This document shows positions 58,687-64,000 of a stretch of DNA of 64,000 nucleotides, in pieces. Each line of letters opens with the position of its first letter. Within the stretch, counting starts at the first letter, position 1. The position numbers were made by a program, and so were the translations under genes. The stretch spans positions 1 to 64,000 of the IMG/VR virus record IMGVR_UViG_3300020474_000007, one strand, 5' to 3'. Source of the DNA: a virus. The notes under the pieces were generated by a model that was not told where the DNA came from, searched no databases, and saw nothing but the letters and a program-made list of their open reading frames with translations.

Positions 58687-60250
58687 TAGTTAATTCCTTA
58701 ATTTTCATTAGTTTGTCTAGAAGATTAATTCCTAGAACGTCAAATTTTACATGACCTAGTGCCTCTAGATCAGACATTTCTAATCCTGCTATTTTTTCTG
58801 TAGAACCTTTCTGTACTACCATTGGGCATACGTTTTTCAGTTTGTCTTTGGAAATGACAACTCCGGCAGCGTGTTTTCCCTGAGTTTTAAATGTGCCTTC
58901 AATTTCAATTGCTTGTTGAAAATACTCTGCATAATCACCATCGAGTTTACCATCATCAGTAATGTGGCAGAAGTCTCGCAGCTCATCTGCACGGTTTAGC
59001 AAAGACCATCTTATGATTGACCTGTCTTCACCGTCCATCTCTGCAAGTTGATCTGATATGTCTGCTTCATTTGGAACACTCTTAGTTATAGCATTCATTT
59101 CACTAAAAGAACAAGCCTCATTAATCCGAAGAACTTCTTTTATTGCGCTTCGCCCTTGTAGTCTTCCAAAAGTAATCATCTGGCTGACATGTTCGTTTCC
59201 ATATGTTTTTTTTAGATAGTCTATAACATCGTCGCGCTTTTTGCCCGGAACGTCCATGTCAATATCTGGTAGTGACACATGACCTCCAGTATTTCTACCA
59301 GCGTTATAAAATCTTTCAAACAAAAGATCATGTTCTACTGGGTCAATCTTTGTTATACCAACTAAGTAGGAAATTAAGCAACCTGCGGCAGACCCTCTTC
59401 CCGGCCCAGCCAGCCAACCCATATCTTGTTCTACGTGGCGTATGATGTCTTGTACAATCAAGAAGTATCCAAACAAATCAGCGTCTTTGATGACCTGAAG
59501 TTCTTTTCTAAATCTGTCTCCATAAACTTGTTGTTTATCTTTGTCTTTTCCCACCTTTTGTTTTAAAAGTTTAGTATAGCCCTCTCTTGCCATGTTTGTT
59601 AAATAATCTTCTTGCGATAGATTGTTGGGACATACAAATTTTGGAAGCATGGGTGGATTAAGTATCTCGTATTCCTCACAAGAGTCGTATATGTATTCTA
59701 ATTCTTTAGTTGTTTTCCCTTTGGTAATACACTTATCATCTTTAGAAAAATACTCTAGAATTTCTGTAGGCAAATCATTTTTTCTGATTTTAGTTTGTAT
59801 TTTAGGCAAAGTGGTTTTAAGAGCAGAACATAATAACACCCTATGCAATACAGCTTGCTCTTTTTTGACATAATACGAAGGCTTAATATTGTCCTTTGAT
59901 TGCTGTAGTGCTATTAAGTTGTTCCTGCTAATTATGTCTTTAGCTATATCTTTCGGTATATTGCCATTTTCACCTGTCATAGAAACCATTTGAATTAGGT
60001 CATGCCATCCATCTTTATTCTTAGCATACACAGTAGTGCTATCAAACGAGCAACCAATAATCGGCTTGATGCCAACATCTTTACAGGCTTGATGAAAAGA
60101 TACTGCGCCAGATATAGATTTGTAATCTGTAATTCCACAGGCAGGATAATCGTTATCAGCGCACATCTTTGCAAGCTCGTTTGGCTTTGAGAATCCTCTA
60201 AGCAAACTGTAATGTGTAAAATTCTTCAATGGAAACCAATTCAAAATCAA
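58676..60250 (-). CDS. dnaE: DNA polymerase III alpha (DnaE), N-terminal half (reduced PHP + palm)
   Basis: THYSLL.G, GITD, GPGRGSAAG, LLFERF, PDIDMD, KHAAGVVI, KFDVLG motifs. Confidence 0.93.
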   Translation of the reverse strand: MILNWFPLKNFTHYSLLRGFSKPNELAKMCADNDYPACGITDYKSISGAVSFHQACKDVGIKPIIGCSFDSTTVYAKNKDGWHDLIQMVSMTGENGNIPKDIAKDIISRNNLIALQQSKDNIKPSYYVKKEQAVLHRVLLCSALKTTLPKIQTKIRKNDLPTEILEYFSKDDKCITKGKTTKELEYIYDSCEEYEILNPPMLPKFVCPNNLSQEDYLTNMAREGYTKLLKQKVGKDKDKQQVYGDRFRKELQVIKDADLFGYFLIVQDIIRHVEQDMGWLAGPGRGSAAGCLISYLVGITKIDPVEHDLLFERFYNAGRNTGGHVSLPDIDMDVPGKKRDDVIDYLKKTYGNEHVSQMITFGRLQGRSAIKEVLRINEACSFSEMNAITKSVPNEADISDQLAEMDGEDRSIIRWSLLNRADELRDFCHITDDGKLDGDYAEYFQQAIEIEGTFKTQGKHAAGVVISKDKLKNVCPMVVQKGSTEKIAGLEMSDLEALGHVKFDVLGINLLDKLMKIKELTNGK

Positions 60251-60780
60251 ATCCTCTTTCTAAAAACTGCTAAGCCTTGTCCTTCTACAACCTTATCTAT
60301 TACTTGATAGTGTTCTTCGACAACTCTGTAAGCACTTCTACATTCAGGCCAGTAATCGTGCATAAACATATAGCCATCGTCCGTGATATAATCTTTTATA
60401 AACTTAGCACACTCAGGTCTAGCTCTTCCGTCAATTAAAACAGCATTAAATTTGGTCTTAAAAAATTGTGGATATTCAATGTAAGTTTTAAAATCTTTTG
60501 CTCTAGATGATGTATCTAATTCTTGCCAAGTGGTAGCTTTTATTCTATTTATATCAGGAGTCGCGTAATCCCTAGATACATGAGTTATATTTACATTCTG
60601 ACCACAATTATTCTTAACCTTATTAAACCATTTCTCATCATGCTCTAATGAGTAATATTCGTTAACGTAGTTTGGAAAAAGTAACGTACTTCCTCCACTT
60701 CCGTATTCTAACATAGAATAATAGGATTTCAAATATTTTAATATAGTCTGTATTTCTGTACTACTCATCCACGGTTGCAT
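60247..60780 (-). CDS. Class I SAM-dependent methyltransferase
   Basis: LEYGSGGST, SLEHD..W, VLIDGRAR, MHD motifs; start set at ATG 60780 (GGAG SD), uncertain. Confidence 0.8.
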   Translation of the reverse strand: MQPWMSSTEIQTILKYLKSYYSMLEYGSGGSTLLFPNYVNEYYSLEHDEKWFNKVKNNCGQNVNITHVSRDYATPDINRIKATTWQELDTSSRAKDFKTYIEYPQFFKTKFNAVLIDGRARPECAKFIKDYITDDGYMFMHDYWPECRSAYRVVEEHYQVIDKVVEGQGLAVFRKRI

Positions 60781-61387
60781 AGCTGTCTCCATCATACCTG
60801 AACTTACTGTCATGCGCACCGTCAGCTGGTATTCTTACCCACTTGTTTTTATGTAAGACCTCAAATGTGTATGCCAGTTGATCTTTGTCCGCTAAAGAGT
60901 TTGTTTCAAAATTTACAGTATTTATTTTTATCTTTTTATTTCTAACTAATTCTACCACCTGCAAAACTATATCACAGTCATACCCCTCTGTATCAATCTT
61001 TAAACTTACAATCTCGTTAATTCCAAATTTATCTACCAAGTCTTTCATGGTGATACATTCAACGTCTTCTGATTTTACTAACTCTTCATAGTTTAGATTT
61101 AGTCTGTCGCATTCCCTTTTAATTGTTGGGTGTATTCCATACATTTGATTGCATCCTCGTAACCAATCTGGAAGTCTTTTGCTCGATATGGTCTCAAGCG
61201 GGAGGTAGTATATTTTTTCTGTTCCAGATCTTTTACATACCGCTGCATGAACTTTATGCGTGTTGGGATATTCTGGTATAGAATCAATGTATCTTTTAAC
61301 TGGTTCTACATATACGCCCCTTTGATTGTTTGTAGGAACTGTGTACCTGAAGTCTGAAGTTCCTATGTCAATAAAGTCAACCTTCAT
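60761..61387 (-). CDS. FkbM-family methyltransferase
   Basis: FIDIG, VEP, LKIDTEGYD, FE motifs. Confidence 0.8.
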   Translation of the reverse strand: MKVDFIDIGTSDFRYTVPTNNQRGVYVEPVKRYIDSIPEYPNTHKVHAAVCKRSGTEKIYYLPLETISSKRLPDWLRGCNQMYGIHPTIKRECDRLNLNYEELVKSEDVECITMKDLVDKFGINEIVSLKIDTEGYDCDIVLQVVELVRNKKIKINTVNFETNSLADKDQLAYTFEVLHKNKWVRIPADGAHDSKFRYDGDSYATVDE

Positions 61388-61389
61388 AA

Positions 61390-62064
61390 TTATATTCCTT
61401 CGTAATTTTTGTCAAAATAGAGATATTCTTCAATCTCTGGATATAGTTCAATGTATTCCTTTGTTTTGCCAAGTGGAACATTAACAGGTTGTGGCTCTAC
61501 ATAGATAGGTATCTTTTTTTGATGCTTTAAAACTTCTGGCACAAAATGTTTTCCTAGAAACCATTCGTCAGCACCAAACACTGTCTTATCGTCTTTATAT
61601 TCTTTCATCAATTCTTCCATCTTGAATGGTAGTTGTTTTGCACCTACGCACCCAGCCATGTAATATCTAGCTGTTTTACTTGTTTTTCGCGCATGAGCAA
61701 CCCAAATAAAGTGAGCAATTGACGGTGTGCTAGCGAAGTGCTGCATAGATAAAATATCGTTTCCTTGCATTTTCCAATCTAAGTCCCTACATATCGCTAT
61801 GTCACAATCATCGAAAGCTAGAAATCTCCAGAAGCAACCTTCTCTTCCATTGCTAGGTGGCATTTCTATCAGTTCAACATTACTCATAGTAGATAAAGTA
61901 ATTAATATTTGTTTGTTTACAGTGTTGTCATGATATACTCTAAATTTCCAATTAGGTAAATATTGCTGACAAAATCTGGCAGACACAGGAGCATTCATAG
62001 CATACAACCTGTAGGATCTAGGAGAAGATCCAAATAGACATGTAGACACAGCTGCTTTTATCAC
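61390..62064 (-). CDS. Glycosyltransferase-like protein (GT-A, DxD)
   Basis: 'W..RVY.D...FWRFL......RDLD...DE.FL' family pattern seen in viral glycosylation clusters. Confidence 0.55.
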   Translation of the reverse strand: MIKAAVSTCLFGSSPRSYRLYAMNAPVSARFCQQYLPNWKFRVYHDNTVNKQILITLSTMSNVELIEMPPSNGREGCFWRFLAFDDCDIAICRDLDWKMQGNDILSMQHFASTPSIAHFIWVAHARKTSKTARYYMAGCVGAKQLPFKMEELMKEYKDDKTVFGADEWFLGKHFVPEVLKHQKKIPIYVEPQPVNVPLGKTKEYIELYPEIEEYLYFDKNYEGI

Positions 62065-62103
62065 AATTATTTATCTTCTTTCAAGGGAGGCAATGGCCTT
62101 TTC

Positions 62104-62820
62104 TCAGGCTCTTTTGTCGTAGGGCTGTCTGTCAAGGGTATTTTTGTTGGCTCTTTCGTCATTTTCAAAACCTTTCTTCATCGCAATATAGAGAGATTTA
62201 CAAGCTAATTTACTAGCGTCGTTGTCTGATGGATAATGAACGCCTTGTAGTATTCTAGCAAGACCACAGTATTCTGACAACCTAAAAAAGTCTTTAGTAT
62301 AATGTGGGTACAAGTCAGATAGAGTATGAGCAGCCAATTCCGAATACATTACATGACCGCTAGGGTATGATGGTGTGTGGTGAGTATCTGTTGCCAGAAC
62401 TTTTATTTCTATGTCATGGTGTGGAGCAATTTGAGCTGGCCTAGCTCTATTAAAATAATATTTTAAAACATAAGTGTAATGTTCAAGAATATTATAATTT
62501 CTGTGGAAAACATCTGTTGGAAATTTCAAGTCTCTCTCAAGCAAAAACTGGTAATATAGCTCTAGCGGATCTTGGTCTACCACATGGATGAGATTAAGTT
62601 CTGCATTGCTTCTATTTTGAGTAAGTTTACTTACTTGCTTAAGCTCACTGATTGTTTTTGAACTGCTATTTTTAGAGGGGTTGTTTAAAAGTTTTTTCCA
62701 ATCCACTCCTTTTATAGTATTCAAATCAGACTCATATTCAATAGGATTTTTAAAATACCCTATATCATCTAAGTCAATATTATTGCTAATGATAGCGTCT
62801 ACTTTATTTATCAGTGACAT
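62104..62820 (-). CDS. PAP2/haloperoxidase-superfamily phosphatase
   Basis: Three signature motifs: K...NRARP, PSYPSGH, R...GVHYPSD. Confidence 0.88.
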   Translation of the reverse strand: MSLINKVDAIISNNIDLDDIGYFKNPIEYESDLNTIKGVDWKKLLNNPSKNSSSKTISELKQVSKLTQNRSNAELNLIHVVDQDPLELYYQFLLERDLKFPTDVFHRNYNILEHYTYVLKYYFNRARPAQIAPHHDIEIKVLATDTHHTPSYPSGHVMYSELAAHTLSDLYPHYTKDFFRLSEYCGLARILQGVHYPSDNDASKLACKSLYIAMKKGFENDERANKNTLDRQPYDKRA

Positions 62821-63031
62821 TGTTTTTATGCTCTATAAAGTCTTTGTCTAATCTATGAACTAATCTTTCTCCAGCCCTACGTCTAAAACATGGCAAAACA
62901 CCATGTATACACAAATATACACCAGCTTTGATGCAACACAATCCATGACCTACGGCAAACTTTAAATGCTGCCAATAGGTCATGTTATTGTGATTTAAAT
63001 GATCTTTCCACTTTTTTACCAAGCCTTGCAT
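62804..63031 (-). CDS. Small conserved protein (DUF6356-like)
   Basis: HL....MTY.QH..FA...IHG..P motif; start uncertain (63031 or 63052). Confidence 0.55.
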   Translation of the reverse strand: MQGLVKKWKDHLNHNNMTYWQHLKFAVGHGLCCIKAGVYLCIHGVLPCFRRRAGERLVHRLDKDFIEHKNNVTDK

Positions 63032-63651
63032 GACCAGTATCTGGCTTTCCATCTAGGACCGGGATTTGCGCAGTTGTGTCTAGCTCTGAAGCTTTTGCGT
63101 CTATCGGGATCGTTTTTCTTAATCTTCATATTAGGATCGCCAAAGTTGACCTTAACTACGTTACCCTTATCGTTCTTTACATAAACACTTCTTTTCTTTG
63201 GTCCGTCTGGAGTTAGAAATGGCTTTCCAAGCTTTACTTTCCTGCCTTGATATTCAGCAGCTTTTCCTTTATACACAAGGGTGGTATTGTCTTTTCTGTA
63301 GACTCCCTTTCTCCTGTATATAAACTCTTCTCCAGTTTTTGGATTCTCATATTTGTATGAACTTTTACCCTTGCTCGGAGTTGATTGAGCTTTTTTCCAA
63401 GCCTCTGGATCTGGCCTGTCTTTATCGCCTTTTTTAGCTGGTTTATAATCCTTGCCTTCTCGCTCTTTTTTCTTGCGAATATTTTCCCACAACCCCGGCT
63501 TTGCCTCCGAAATATCCCATTCTTCTACCTCTTCGCCAAAGTCTTCATATTCTGCTTCGGCAGGTACATAAAAATTGTCCTCTGTAATTTCTTCAGTAAA
63601 TCCATATGCTTGTTTATTATATTCGTCGTCTAAAGAGTCCATGAAAGACAT
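63016..63651 (-). CDS. Conserved basic phage protein (DUF6321-like C-terminus)
   Basis: GLWENIR motif; C-terminal KK..VYVK...V.FGDP.M......RRKSFRARH.C.....ARYWSC..W. Confidence 0.65.
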   Translation of the reverse strand: MSFMDSLDDEYNKQAYGFTEEITEDNFYVPAEAEYEDFGEEVEEWDISEAKPGLWENIRKKKEREGKDYKPAKKGDKDRPDPEAWKKAQSTPSKGKSSYKYENPKTGEEFIYRRKGVYRKDNTTLVYKGKAAEYQGRKVKLGKPFLTPDGPKKRSVYVKNDKGNVVKVNFGDPNMKIKKNDPDRRKSFRARHNCANPGPRWKARYWSCKAW

Positions 63652-63652
63652 A

Positions 63653-64000
63653 TCATTCTCCTTTTTTAAATGTGATTTTCTTAGCTTTTGCTAGCAATGC
63701 ATCTAAACTATATACTGGCACTCGCTCCTTAAAATGATTATATATATCTTGTATCATTTGGTGGTCTGGATCTTGCGTTATTTCCATCCATCCAATGAAA
63801 TAGTTCCAAATTCTGTCCTCTAATATTAGCCTATATTTAACACCGTTTGGTCTTCCAAATCTATGATTCCATCCTACGGTTGGTACGCAAATATTCTTGC
63901 CACCATTTCTCCTAAACTTTTCTGAAATGTACCCTTCTTCCCCTCCAAAACCAATAAAGTGACTACTTATTCCGGGCCAATGTTTTTTTTCAAAAGAACA
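63653..64000 (-). CDS. Glycosyltransferase (GT-A) C-terminal part, truncated by window edge
   Basis: Open frame CSFEKKHWPGISSHFIGFGGEEGYISEKFRRNGG...W.HRF; the GFGGEE motif is GT2/GT7-like; absent from the ORF track. Confidence 0.6.
   Translation of the reverse strand, partial: CSFEKKHWPGISSHFIGFGGEEGYISEKFRRNGGKNICVPTVGWNHRFGRPNGVKYRLILEDRIWNYFIGWMEITQDPDHQMIQDIYNHFKERVPVYSLDALLAKAKKITFKKGE

Noticed and set aside
58219-58693. + strand ORFs (146 aa, 63 aa) opposite the exonuclease
   Set aside because: Antisense shadows of a gene with clear DEDDh motifs.
56451-60250. Split intein or intron explaining the split dnaE
   Set aside because: No intein terminal residues, no non-coding intron space, and the intervening ORF is an exonuclease. 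Deleting between the two junction repeats would not restore a single frame.
1-64000. Stop-codon reassignment, tRNA or rRNA genes
   Set aside because: Standard-code ORFs tile the window densely and all three stops are used. Intergenic gaps are too short, and no cloverleaf was seen.

Overview
This window is part of a large, AT-rich dsDNA tailed-phage (Caudoviricetes) genome in the standard genetic code. It has two convergent blocks that meet at a bidirectional terminator near 47.78 kb. The + strand block (1-47765) is a virion morphogenesis module. It carries fibre and collar genes, a BppU-like gene, a head-tail adaptor, a cupredoxin/RCC1 fibre, a subtilase, neck and terminator genes, an internally duplicated tail tube, two paralogous putative chaperones, a 2045-aa tape measure, a 4337-aa adhesin-like giant and tail-tip proteins. 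No sheath gene was seen, so it looks siphovirus-like. The - strand block (47801-64000) carries a Rad52-like recombinase, a Vsr/DUF559-type endonuclease, a large glycosyltransferase/methyltransferase cluster, an SSB, a PAP2 phosphatase, and a DnaE polymerase split into two genes with a DEDDh exonuclease between them. The main leads are: (1) a tape measure with repeated DTVPAMLTPGEFV modules bracketing a PD-(D/E)XK-like insert; (2) Ser-Gly enrichment in exposed virion proteins alongside a glycosylation cluster; (3) a GTGTATA-N6-TAG candidate late promoter found five times; (4) apparent avoidance of CCWGG; (5) a minigene/hairpin device ahead of the first chaperone gene; (6) the intein-free split DnaE. 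All calls come from motif recognition by eye; no searches were run and counts are manual.
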